Shown here one piece after another: positions 49,460 through 60,486 of a stretch of 64,000 nucleotides of DNA. Under the pieces are notes generated by a model. That model searched no databases, was not told where the DNA came from, and saw only the letters and a program-made list of their open reading frames with translations. Every line of letters begins with the position of its first letter. Position 1 is the first letter of the stretch. The position numbers and the translations under genes were made by a program. The DNA is from Psilocybe cubensis. Lineage: Eukaryota. The DNA lies in the NCBI GenBank assembly GCA_017499595.2, contig CM039010.1:1364001-1428000 (forward strand). The letters are read 5' to 3'.

Positions 49460-52403
49460 TTATTTATGTTCTTTCGGTGTTTCAGTGTTTCCGCTGCTTC
49501 TAAGGGTTCTGCTAGATTTGACAACATCATTTTTTTTGCGACGTCTCCTCCCACTGTTAACAGAACCGGACTCTGATCCCGGTCCTGATTCTGACACCGG
49601 AGTCTCGGTATCACCAACAGTAACATTTTCAGCTTGAAATGTTTCGCCACCCCGCTGACTAGTCATGTCACCACCAGACAATGTACCGCCTTCCAACTGG
49701 TTACTGTCATCACCCCGACTTGGCTGGCCAGCTGCTATATCTGTCCCCTGACGGGATACCGGGATTCCATAATGACTGTTTGGAAGCCATCCATAGGCTG
49801 GATGTTGATATGTGTGGGGAACATAATACCGAGGTGCAGGTGGATAATATCCGGGATATCCCATAGCAGGAGGATACCCAATATGATAGGAAGTTGGATG
49901 GGGAAAGTATTGCTGATGTCCAGTGGGGTGTCCAATAGGTATGTTTGATGTCTGCCTGCCCATTGCATCGTCCCTCATAGAAATACCGGCGACTGGGGGT
50001 AGGGTATTACTATGTGTGTTTCCTAAAAGTGGTGACGACGCCGACAAGATATCCATAGACTGTGAGTCCTGTAACAAACGGTGTGATGATAGGTTTGGAG
50101 CCTGATCGTCCACAGATGGTGTCGGGGTAATGAAGTCATCCACAGGAACAAAATTTTGCAATGGGACTTCGTTATGGTAGGTGGAGTCAAGTCCTCTATT
50201 AACAATACCTTGGTCATAGGATTGTGTGTCCAAGTTGGAATGAGGACCAGAAAGCGGATTCCCAACGGGTCGGGTGTTTCCTTCCACCGCGGATGTGTTT
50301 CCACCGACGGGAGGTGTGTTTCCACCCACTATAGATGTGTTTCCGCCAACAGGAGGTGTGTTTCCTCTGACAGGATGCGTGTTTCCTCCAACCGCAGGGT
50401 TTCCTCCAACCTCAGATGCGTTTCCTTCCATCGCGGATGTGTTTCCACCGACGGGAGGTGTGTTTCCACCCACTATAGATGTGTTTCCGCCAACAGGAGG
50501 TGTGTTTCCTCTGACAGGATGCGTGTTTCCTCCAACCGCAGGGTTTCCTCCAACCTCAGATGCGTTTCCTTCCATCGCGGATGTGTTTCCACCGACGGGA
50601 GGTGTGTTTCCACCCACTATAGATGTGTTTCCGCCAACAGGAGGTGTGTTTCCTCTGACAGGATGCGTGTTTCCTCCAACCGCAGGGTTTCCTCCAACCT
50701 CAGATGCGTTTCCTTCCATCGTGAATGTGTTTCCACCAACGGGAGGTGTGTTTCCACCCACCACAGATGTGTTTCCGCCAACGGGAGGTGTGTTTCCTCC
50801 GACAGGATGTGTGTTTCCTCCAAGACGCGCATCCTGTTGCAAAGTTAGTGTGGGATTACTGGGACTGAGCTCCTCAGCCTCGTCCATATCTGACTCTGAT
50901 TCACCACTGTGAGAGAGACTCGGAGGGGCCACCGTTGTTCTTAAAAGTGCTGCTTCCAAAGGATATTTTGCCTTTATAAATCTTCCATCCTTTCCATCTT
51001 GCAAAACTTGACGGAATGAGAAGGATGTCACCGTTTCGTTTTCCTGACGATTTCGAAGATATGCCAACAGCGACTGGACCTCCTTGCCACTCATTCTTGT
51101 TGGATCCCGAAAAACAAAACTCTCAGGAATATCTTCTGGCCAAAAGAATTTTTCAGGGTTTTTACCCATTGCTTCCCAGGGTGGTGCTGCCCTCTCATTG
51201 TTACATGCAACACCTGTCAACAGACAATGTCAAGGATAAAGTCGATGTCAAACTGTAGGACTCAGAGACCTACGATAATGGATCCTAAAAAATTCTCTGA
51301 TAATTTCTCGTTGTGTCTTTAGATGCTCGCTACGACCATGGCTTATGATTGGAGGAGGGAGAATGGGTATGCCACCAGGCCCTTTCGTTAAAGCAATGAC
51401 CGGTTTTCCATCGTCCATAGAAGGTGAATTGCCTTCAGTGACCTCCAGGACCTTCATGATCCATTCACCAAAAGCTTTACTGAATGTTGCACAGGCCTTT
51501 CTGTTAAATTCTAAAAAAGACTGAAAATGTACACCAGGTCCAGCCAAATCCCGGCTGTAGTCATGGCTAGAGGAACAGGTGAGACTAGTTCCAAAACATA
51601 AAATAAAATTGGTTACAATGTTAAGCCTAGTGCACCGTCTTCATTTCTATGAGCCTCAATAGTGACTGCGTGCATGCCCATTTGTTTTAAAGCGACCTCA
51701 TGCATGTTTAATATTATACGCTTGCCGTACTTCTTTGCTGCTCTGTTCAATCTATCATTTAATATCCACATGAGACGTTAGAAAATATTTGAATTTGACC
51801 TCTGTTGGACTGCTTCGGGGGGGGATTTGGCTTGCCATTCCTTCTGTTTTTCCAAATAGAAATTTATCTCCTGTTTGCCTAGTGAGTCCTTGATGTGGGC
51901 CAAAGCCTTTTGATAATATCTAAAGTAAACTCGGGATCCCGGCTTTTCTCCGGGACAAAGCCTCAAAACCTCTTCTTCTATTTCGTCGTGCTTGAAATGG
52001 GCAATCACATTCCTTAATTGTATCTTCCTCTCAAATTTAAAAACACGGCGATTCTTTGTGAGTCCACGATGATTGTTAAACCAAGTTTTAATACCCTAGA
52101 AATCCCAAACAACCTCAGTTTACGACGTGTCTATCAAGAGCAAAAAGTAAGTTATACCTTGAAACGTCTCTCCCATTCCTCTTTGAGGTCCTTATTTCTT
52201 TCAATAACCAATAGCCCATATCTCTCAGGGCAAAGATCTCTAATTTTCTCGCCAACACGTACGCAGAACTCTGTGCGGTCGTCTTTATTATTCTGCTCGA
52301 GCCACTCTTCGCGGTGTCATCTGAGAATCTCTTCTTCGTCTTTACTCCAAACAATTTTTTCGAATCCTTTCTTGTGAGTCCGCTGTCGTTTAGATTTAGC
52401 CAT
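49460..52403 (-). pseudogene. KDZ-associated divergent HMG-like protein gene with a premature TGA in exon 1
   Basis: Spliced: MAKSKRQRTHKKGFEKIVWSKDEEEILR*HREEW.../GIKTWFNNH...YQKALAHIKDSLGKQEINFYLEKQKEWQAKSPPEAVQQR/AAKKYG..KQMGM../HDY..PILP..QREIIREFFRIHY/..PPWEAMGKNPEKFF..IPESFVFRDPTRM. Stop at 52317-52319. Confidence 0.65.
50270..50820 (-). repeat. Coding 144-bp (48-aa) higher-order repeat built of VGGNTxx heptads, ~3.8 copies
   Basis: cttcca anchors at 50281, 50425, 50569 and 50713. Unit MEGNASEVGGNPAVGGNTHPVRGNTPPVGGNTSIVGGNTPPVGGNTSA. Confidence 0.95.
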
Positions 52404-52607
52404 GATTGTTTAGGGGTAGAAGATGGGTGAGGCTTCAGTCTGTTGCTTACGCTTAAATTGATCATGATCTAACGTGACCGAAATATTCTAATTTTAGACT
52501 CACAGTGATCGAGGATCTTTAATTTATCAGGAATGACGGAAACCGGGTCAAGGAAATCGACAATACGTCATGGGAATTCGGAACCCACAATTAACTAATG
52601 GAGGCAA

Positions 52608-53476
52608 TTATGTATCTAGTTCTGCAAGAAGTTCTTTAATAAACAAGCACTCCCTGCACGTTGGAATACAGTCTCCATCCTTCAAATCATGCCTATCTAT
52701 CCAGACATATTCCTCAATACCAACCTCTTCTTCCTCAACATCCTCATCATCGTATGACGCGATAGGCAATTCATGTTCAACTGCTGAAAACATTGGGAGC
52801 GATTTGTGAGTCTTGTCTTCAGATACTATGGGAGTAGACGGCCTTTGATTTTACAGATTATTGCCATACGTAAGTGAATATTGGTGAATCATACCTTAGG
52901 AGGTTCGCAACATTGTCAGCATCCTCCTCTTCATCTTCCTCATGCGATTCGGGAATCCGTCCGTTGTCTATGTACATCCCTTTGACCTCCTCGATAGACC
53001 GCTGAGTATCGACATCTTTGGACTTTGGCTTCGACTTCGGCTTCATATTGACTTTGAGCTTCTTAATCGGAATTTGCTGAGATAACTCGGGTAGCCGGAT
53101 CTCATTAATTGTCGACTTATCCAGAGTAGGCACATCCACAACCTGTTTCTTCCTAACGTCTGTATTTAAATGCGAACTCTATTCCAAAACAACCTCCTGT
53201 AAGAATTGATCTAACAGATTTTGTGTATTTATTAGAGTAATCTTTCGCCTGTACATATAGAGTCAGCAAAAGTCTCATGCCCAGGCAAACCTCAACTAAC
53301 CGTGCTCTAAGAACTTGCATACGTAGCCTAGCACTTTCCTGCAAGGCGCTTTGGTTTCTATACAAAGGGACATGAACACTTTCAATCAGAAGTGATTAAA
53401 ATAGACGTACTTTGAATAATACCGAGCACATGCTCTACGCCTGGAGCTAGCTCTTTCCTCAGGTGAGAGTGCCATG
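52608..53476 (-). CDS. Hypothetical protein with basic helical N-terminus (about 4 exons; element cargo)
   Basis: MALSPEERASSRRRACARYYSK/NQSALQESARLRMQVLRAR/RRKKQVVDVPTLD.../...CIPTCRECLF; GT-AG introns link the exons. Confidence 0.55.
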
Positions 53477-53561
53477 CTAAACAATGAGAAGAAGGGTCAA
53501 ATCAAAATCAAAAGTTATGAACACCAGTATGCTCGTGTTTGTTGTTTGGTCACTATCAAAA

Positions 53562-53644
53562 TATTCGCGAAAGTGGGTTCGCAATCACACATGATTGTTC
53601 GCGATCACACATGATGTTCGCGATCACATAGGTTGTTCACAATT
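53562..53644 (-). promoter_or_regulatory. Array of TGTTCGCGATC motifs (19-20-bp period) upstream of the 53476 gene
   Basis: Exact copies at 53596 and 53615; degenerate copies at 53576 and 53634. The regulatory role is inferred. Confidence 0.55.
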
Positions 53645-54820
53645 CAAAATCAAGAATAGTGGCCTTGAAAACACAGTAAGGCTCACGAACATGTTAGACA
53701 ACACAAAATTGTGTTCTTGAATGACTTGAATGAATTAACTAGCCGTGATGACTAGTAAGTAGAAGCGGCATACCATAAATTTTATATATCTTGCAGTGTC
53801 CTAAATGACAGCTGTGGTCTGTGTATGACCAGTCCCACTCTAGTCTCAAATCAACGCCTGTGCACGAAGCCGCGTAATGGTACCCACTATCACACTCGAC
53901 GAGGTTCTCAATGAGGTTTATTTAACTTGTGGATTAACCCAATGTAATTATTGAGATAGGGTGTCTTAGTCACCCATGTGGTCAATCTGACGGCTATGGT
54001 GCGTTGTCTATTCAGACCTTCAAGCAAGTGTCTTCAGTGTGACTCCTTTAACTCAAACTTTATGACAGTTCGGTGCGTCAGGTGCAAGGTTAAGCGCCCA
54101 AAGTACTGGCTATCACTGTGGGGATAAGGCGTCTAAGTCATCTATGGGATGAATCCGACTCGACAAAGGCTATGGTGCGTTGTTTATTCAAAGTGTTCAA
54201 ATATTTATTGTTGTACGAGTCTGTCAAGAGTAGTGTAAGCATTAGTTTGGACAAAACCTTGACTTTCAAATTAAAACGGGTTACTTCTTTAACTGACATT
54301 CGATGATGGCTCGCTGCTCCAGGTTATGACAAGGTTAAGCGCCCGAGATATTAGGACCACAGTCAACTATGTCCAAAACAATTTTAAGGTAGTATGAATC
54401 TAGTTTCTAGTTCTAACAAGAGCCACGTTTTGACCCTCAAGCGGCTGATATGATTTGTTTGTTCAATATGTGCCTAATTTTAAAGACCCTTACAGGTGTT
54501 CTGCACAGTCAACTAACTCAATCTAATTGCTTTCAAGCACGTTACTTGAACTATGGTGGATTTAAAAACAAGGTATTTGATGAGCAAGAAGGCAAAATAA
54601 TGCAAGGTATGTGCGTGGTTGTGGGGCTGTAAACACTTGCAAGGTAGGTGTGTGGTTGTGGGATGGGCAGAGGTTTGTGCTCATTGCAAACACTGTAAAG
54701 ACAGTTAACTTGAAATTTAAACCTAGGGTGGGAACAGTAAGCACAGTGTTTGGTCTGACCAGTCCGTCAAAGAAGTATCTACCAATGTTTGCTAGTCAAA
54801 TAAACGTTGTATGCTCCCTT

Positions 54821-55154
54821 AGGTGTGTGTAATTTACCTGCGTAAGGCGGACAGGCATAGCCGCTTTCACTCAAATGGACGTTCTGCTACGCTCCCAGAA
54901 TTATAGCGCTATAGGGTGTGCCCACCATTGACATATCAAAGGTGTAGAACATCGTTAAGTAGGTGCGTGGTTGTGGGGTGGGCAGAGGTGTGTGTAATTT
55001 ACCTGCGTAAGGCGGACAGGCATGGCCGCTTTCACTCAAATGGACGTTCTGCTACGCTCCCAGAATTATAGCGCTATAGGGTGTGCCCACCATTGACATA
55101 TCAAAGGTGTAGAACATCGTTAAGTAGGTGCGTGGTTGTGGGGCGGGCAGAGGT
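54821..55154. repeat. Near-perfect 165-bp tandem duplication
   Basis: aggtgtgtgtaatttacctgcgtaaggcggacaggcat... starts at 54821 and again at 54986. Confidence 0.95.
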
Positions 55155-55203
55155 TTACGTTGTTTGTGAATACTGTGTAAAGAGAGTCAACTTGACGGGC
55201 CTC

Positions 55204-55800
55204 GAGATCGCAAACATACCATGTTTGTGCCAAAACGCGAACATGTCATCTTGACAAGTGCTGGATCGCAAACAAGATACTGGACTGTGAACCAGTCAGC
55301 TTGCCTAGCTTCAAAATGGCAAATGCCGCATGGTACCTTAGTGGAAAACAAATTGAGTCACCTGGAATGGTCTTGAGATCGAGAACATACCAAATTGATA
55401 GTGTGCTGGATCGCGAACATGTCATCTTGACGAGTGCTGGATCGCGAACAAGATACTGGACTGTGAACCAGTCAGCTCGTCTAGCCTCAAAGGCATATGT
55501 CATTTTAGTGGGAAACAAATTGAGTGCTCTAGGCTAGTAATGAGATCGCGAACATACCAATTTAAGGGTGCGCTGGATCGCGAACATGTCATATAGACAC
55601 ATGCTGGATCGTGAACACAGTGTTGGATTGTGAACCAGTCAACTCGTCTAGTTCAAAGGCATGTTTCATTTTAGTGGGAAACGAATTGAGCTGCCCTAGG
55701 CTGGTCTTGAAATCGCGAACATACCAATTTAAGGGTGTGTTAGATTGCAAACATGTCTTATTGACAAGTGCTGGAGAACAACGTTTTGGATCGCAAAGTG
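55204..55800 (+). repeat. ~167-171-bp tandem repeat (~3.5 copies), each with three GATCGCGAACA-type motifs
   Basis: Units start at 55204, 55375, 55542 and 55709. Exact motif at 55409, 55440, 55544 and 55576. Confidence 0.9.
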
Positions 55801-56228
55801 TGCAGCACTGCATGTTCGAGTACCTGGCATTAGGAACATTTGTTAGTCTGTCTTTTCTGGGTAGCAACAAGTTGTATATTGGTAACTGTTTTCAATTCTG
55901 ACGTCTTAACTTCTCGAAAGCTTGGAGTTTGTACATTCAGGGCTCCTAGGCGTTTGTTTTGTACAACTATGCATAGTCTTTGGTGTACCTGTTGATTCTG
56001 ATGTAATGTTTCTTTGTTGGGGGTCTAGAGAGTCCGGTTCGAGTCCCCATGTGTGTAAATTTTTTGGGTCCTTTATAATAACTGATATATTTGGAAGTCA
56101 TGCTGTTATTCTAAAAATAGGTCCAGCCAGCGTACATCTCTTCAGTCTTTCTACCTATCTTCTGTCTCTGTCTCTCTTATCACACCGCACAACCTTTACA
56201 TTCTCATTCATTTTTTATTTCTGCTTAA

Positions 56229-59200
56229 ATGTCTCGAAGATTCAAGGTCTTGGAAAAGCCAGGGTTAGATCTATTCACAATTGAAACTCGACAAACTGAG
56301 AGGGGCTCTCGAGATGTATCTGTCAAAATTTCAGACTTGATTTCTCGAAAGTCGAGGTCTTTATCACCATCAAGAAGGGTCAGAATAGTGAAGCATCCAG
56401 TGATTTTACCTCCTACCAACATCAGCGACTTGAAAGGCTCGTTTCATGTATTGATTCAAAGTGATGGCGAGGTCAATTTCAAGGCATTGGACGATCAGTT
56501 CGACCACCCAGCTAGCAAGGTTGGTAATATCACTTATGAACAAAACATTCTCAGAATCTAAAACTTGATATATTTAGTCTCAAAACGATTATCTGAGGGT
56601 CTGGGAGAATGAAAAGAGAATACCCTACCTGAAACGTCTGTTGTCACAGAAGGCTGGTCCAGCTATCAACGCGAAGTGCTCGCACTGTGGTATTGGGAAA
56701 GCTATCTGGCGGTGCCGCGATTGTCTGGGATCCGATCTTTCATGTGTACTATGCTTCCGGAATCAACACAATAGACTCCCCTTCCATCGCGTTGAAAGGT
56801 GGAATGGGAGGTTTTTTGCTACCGGTGGTCTTTGGCAAGTGGGTCTAAAGTTATATACCGGTCATATGGGAAAGCCTTGCCCTCGAATCACCAATCCTAC
56901 CAATTCAACATCCACCGGACTTCCATTTCTGGTGGAACAATGCAGGCACATCCTGAACGAAGTTTCTCCTCACATAGGTATTGCAGCAGAACATATTCTT
57001 CAACTTCTTACTTCTGCGTTAAATTCGCCTGAACATGGCGGACCACCAACCGAAATGTTGTATAGGGTGTCCTGCTTGTTACCCCCCTTCCAGATGAAGG
57101 TATTGAAGGATCTGATATTATTGGTCAGACATGCCGAAATTGAGGCAGAAAAGGAATCCGCAACCACAAATCAAGTCCTGGCCCAAGACGAAAGCGTATT
57201 CCCACAGAAGGAGGAACCTGTTCACATTACATCTGATACTCCTCTCGTTGACGATCTGCAGGAAGGAATATGGGAAAATGAAGATTCGTCTGAAACAAAG
57301 GGACCAGTTCCCCGTCTTCTTCCCAGACATCCTAAATATGATTCGGCTGGTAACAAATTTTTAACAGTAGTTGACGTTTCAGGTTTTCATCATATCCCAG
57401 TTGTCTGGTGTTCTTGTGAGGAGAGACCCCACTCCGAAACACATGAAATGCAGCTTCTGGATCTGAAGCTATATCCAGCCTCCTATACCGACATCAACAC
57501 AGTTTTTACTTTTGAAGTACTCAACGACCACCGACTTGACAACCTGGAGTGCAAATCCTCGTCCTATCAATATCATCAAAAGCTTAGAAGAAAGACATCA
57601 TTTGCATTTACAGATTATGTCCCTAACCGTTATGCGGAGTTGTGTAGAGTCTCAAGACAATGGAGGAATATCAAGACTAGGAAGTGGTTTGGACACATCG
57701 ATGACAGTAAACCTGAACGCGGATCCTTGGCTTTATTCTGCCCAACTTGTCCTCAACCAGGTATAAACCTACCCGAAAATTGGAGAGAAGAGGCAACCAA
57801 AAATCCGTAAGTCCATCACTGACTGATTTCAATTGTGTAACAGTAATTGAATTACCCCCATAGATATTTATTCACCCGGAGTGTTACAGCGGATGGAAAT
57901 TTCAAAGCAGACCATCTTCAACAAAGGAATAGCGCAGACGATGTGTGGCTTACCGATGGAGAGTCGTTCATGACCAATAACCAAAGATATAAAAGACATC
58001 TGGACACCGCGATTGAAATTAAGGAGGTAAGTTTGCGCTCACGTGTCTGATAACACAACTCCTGGCGCGTTCTCCGATCCAATGATGTGGAACTCCATTT
58101 TCCTGGAGCGTTTTCCTGTTCACGTGTTTGATAACACGACTCCTGGCGCGTTCTCCTGATCACTGACTGGGAATCAGGTGTATTTGCGCTCACGTGTCTG
58201 ATAACACAACTCCTGGCGCGTTCTCCTGATTCCTGACAGGAAACCTCCTTTGCTGGAGTGTTTTCCTGATCACGTGTCTGCTAACACGACTCCTGGCGCG
58301 TCCTTCCTGATCCCGGTGACAGGGAAACCAGGTCAATTCCTGTCGCATTCTCTTGAAATGATAATTATCTTGAGATGCTAATTTTTACCCCTTCACAGCC
58401 ACCAACCTGCAACAAGTTCCGTGCTGAAAATAATGCTGAAAGAGCTCACAATGGATGTGACGTTACAGGGGTTGGAGGCCATGCCTGTGCTAGGCATGGA
58501 TGCTTCGCACCCGGAAGTATGGTGGACTTTCAGAAAGGGGAGCGCCAAATGAATATCGATTGGTCACTGTGCGAAATGTTACAGACTACAAACATTGACG
58601 AGACCCAGAAACTCCTCCATATCTACGACCTGGGTTGCACTTATCTCCAGAATCTGGAGAAAAGAATTGCAGCCAATCCCTTTCTGACCAAGCCAGATAA
58701 GTTGGAAATCATTAGAGCCATAGGCTTATTTCACGTACACGGCCACCAGGACCAATGCCTCTACCGATATGCCACTAACTATGTACCCGGTAGTGGTGTA
58801 GTTGACGGTGAAATTTTAGAGACTTTGTGGGCAGTTCTAAACTTGGTTTCCAGAAGTACAAGAACCGCCTCTCTTGCTCATAGGACGGAAGTGCTCAACG
58901 ACCACATGGGTGACTCTAATTTCAAAAAGATGGTCAACATTGGTGAGCGGGAATGACATCCGTGCAGAATTAAGCTGACCCAGAGCATTCCTAGTTTCAA
59001 GTATCGTATCTAAATATCGTCGGGCGGTCAAATATGCTGCTGAAAGCTCCAAGTACTTCTCTGAAATTACAAAAATCACACCAGTAGACGCCCGAGAAGA
59101 GTGGTTGCACACTATTACTGCCTGTGAAGAAAGAAGACAGCAAAACATAGCCGAAATGGATTATATGCGGTCAACGGTTCAAACAGGAGCAACACTTCAG

Positions 59201-60412
59201 GAAATAGAAACAAAGCTGATCAAGGAAGACATAGAAACACTCACTCCAGGAGCTGATGGAACAACAGCCTGGCTAGTGTCTGGACTCAAAATAGAGGAAG
59301 CCCAGTACGCCTTCAAAAAGTCATTTTTTAATTAGCCTTCTTATCATCTTGCTAGAATTGATCTTCAGCAACATGTCAGACGTCTGGGAAAATCTCCAAC
59401 TTCCGCACAAGAGTTGGACCTTGCAAAGAAAAGACAGCGCCTGGCCTCCCGGATCAGAGCGTTCCATAATCTATCCGGAAGATATCTTGGAGAAGCTACA
59501 GTGTTGCAGCACAGTCAGAAAAGTGACATTATCATATTTCCAGACGGAAATATCAGTGATTCTGATTTTCCGGATGCTCCACCTCCTCGCTCTGTCGACA
59601 TTGAAAACAACAAGCTTGTTTTCCCCTCGGTGGTGGAATCCTCCGATTCAGTGGTCCTTTCTAATCTAAAATCCCGTGAATTTGAACTTCGACAAGGACA
59701 GGCAAATGATTCACTTCAAAAAGTCAGGGAGACTCTGGGATACCTCTCTTTTCAGTTTATTGATAAGGTCAGGACGGCGACAACATCATCTCAGCACTTA
59801 AAGTCTTGGGATGGGGTTCGCTTGCTTAATCGAACCCTAAGTCTCCACCGGCGGGTCTACAATCGCTGCCAAAGAGCTATGGTGAAAATCAAACCGGAAT
59901 CCAAAGATAGATACCCAATCTTGTTGGTTTCGGAGTGCCAGGTAAGCACTGCAATATCCGACATGAACACGCCCGGACAAAGCCAGGCAACACTGTCTTG
60001 GATTTGGGGAGCCCTGGATGGATATTCGGGAGAGAATGCAGAGATTTGTGCCAGGGACCCTAACCGAATGTTGGAATGTGAGTGTGCTATTTTACAGCCA
60101 GACTATAGTCCTTGTCCTCACCTACCTGTATAAGTTCTTCGTATCCACTGGCTTCGTGCCCGAGCCCAAAACAACAGGTGGAAGGAAGAACTTGCTTTGA
60201 CAAAAGCAGAGATGGGGTGGACTACAAGATTTTTTATGTTCAAGGCAGCAGAGTGGGAGGGAAAGAGACACCGGGCTACAGAGTGTGGTGATTCAGGTAT
60301 GACAGCGTTTTCCGAGCAACAAATCAACATGTGGAATGAGTTTGGACGAGTTGCTGAGGCTCAATTTTTGGCGGTCAATAAGGACTACGTAGGGATTTGG
60401 ACACCGAAATGA
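56229..60412 (+). CDS. Kyakuja-Dileera-Zisupton (KDZ) transposase with CxC2 domain (7 exons), apparently intact
   Basis: CSHC..CRDC..CVLCFRNQH..LPFHRVERWNG and CxC2 (LTVVDVSGFH..WCSC..QLL..LYPAS..TVFTF); LALFCPTCPQPGINLP, DGNFKADH, CARHGCF..VDFQKGERQMNID, YDLGC, FHVHGH..C, DGEILETLW..LN, HR.EVLNDHMGDSNFKK, ELRQGQANDSL, WLRARA..RWKEE. Confidence 0.95.
58039..58305. repeat. Minisatellite inside transposase intron 3: four ~37-bp cores in a ~151-bp dimeric unit
   Basis: tcacgtgtctgataacacaactcctggcgcgttctcc at ~58039, 58120, 58190 and 58270, within intron 58027-58398. Confidence 0.9.
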
Positions 60413-60486
60413 GTCTATTATTTTGGAGGAGAGAATGGTATCGTATTTTCATTATTGTATATAAGGACAAGGAGGAGATGAAGGAT

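Noticed and set aside
50156-50912. Plus-strand repetitive ORFs (RCVS / VFPPTGG)
   Set aside because: Antisense shadows of the VGGNT coding repeat.
55246-55901. Short ORFs in the repeat array
   Set aside because: They lie in the tandem repeat, and frames are not maintained between units.
55970-56060. Functional tRNA gene
   Set aside because: B-box present, but the T-stem and acceptor stem do not pair properly.
58039-58305. CRISPR-like repeat-spacer array
   Set aside because: Eukaryotic intron, no cas genes, and linkers 1 and 3 are homologous, so it is a dimeric minisatellite.
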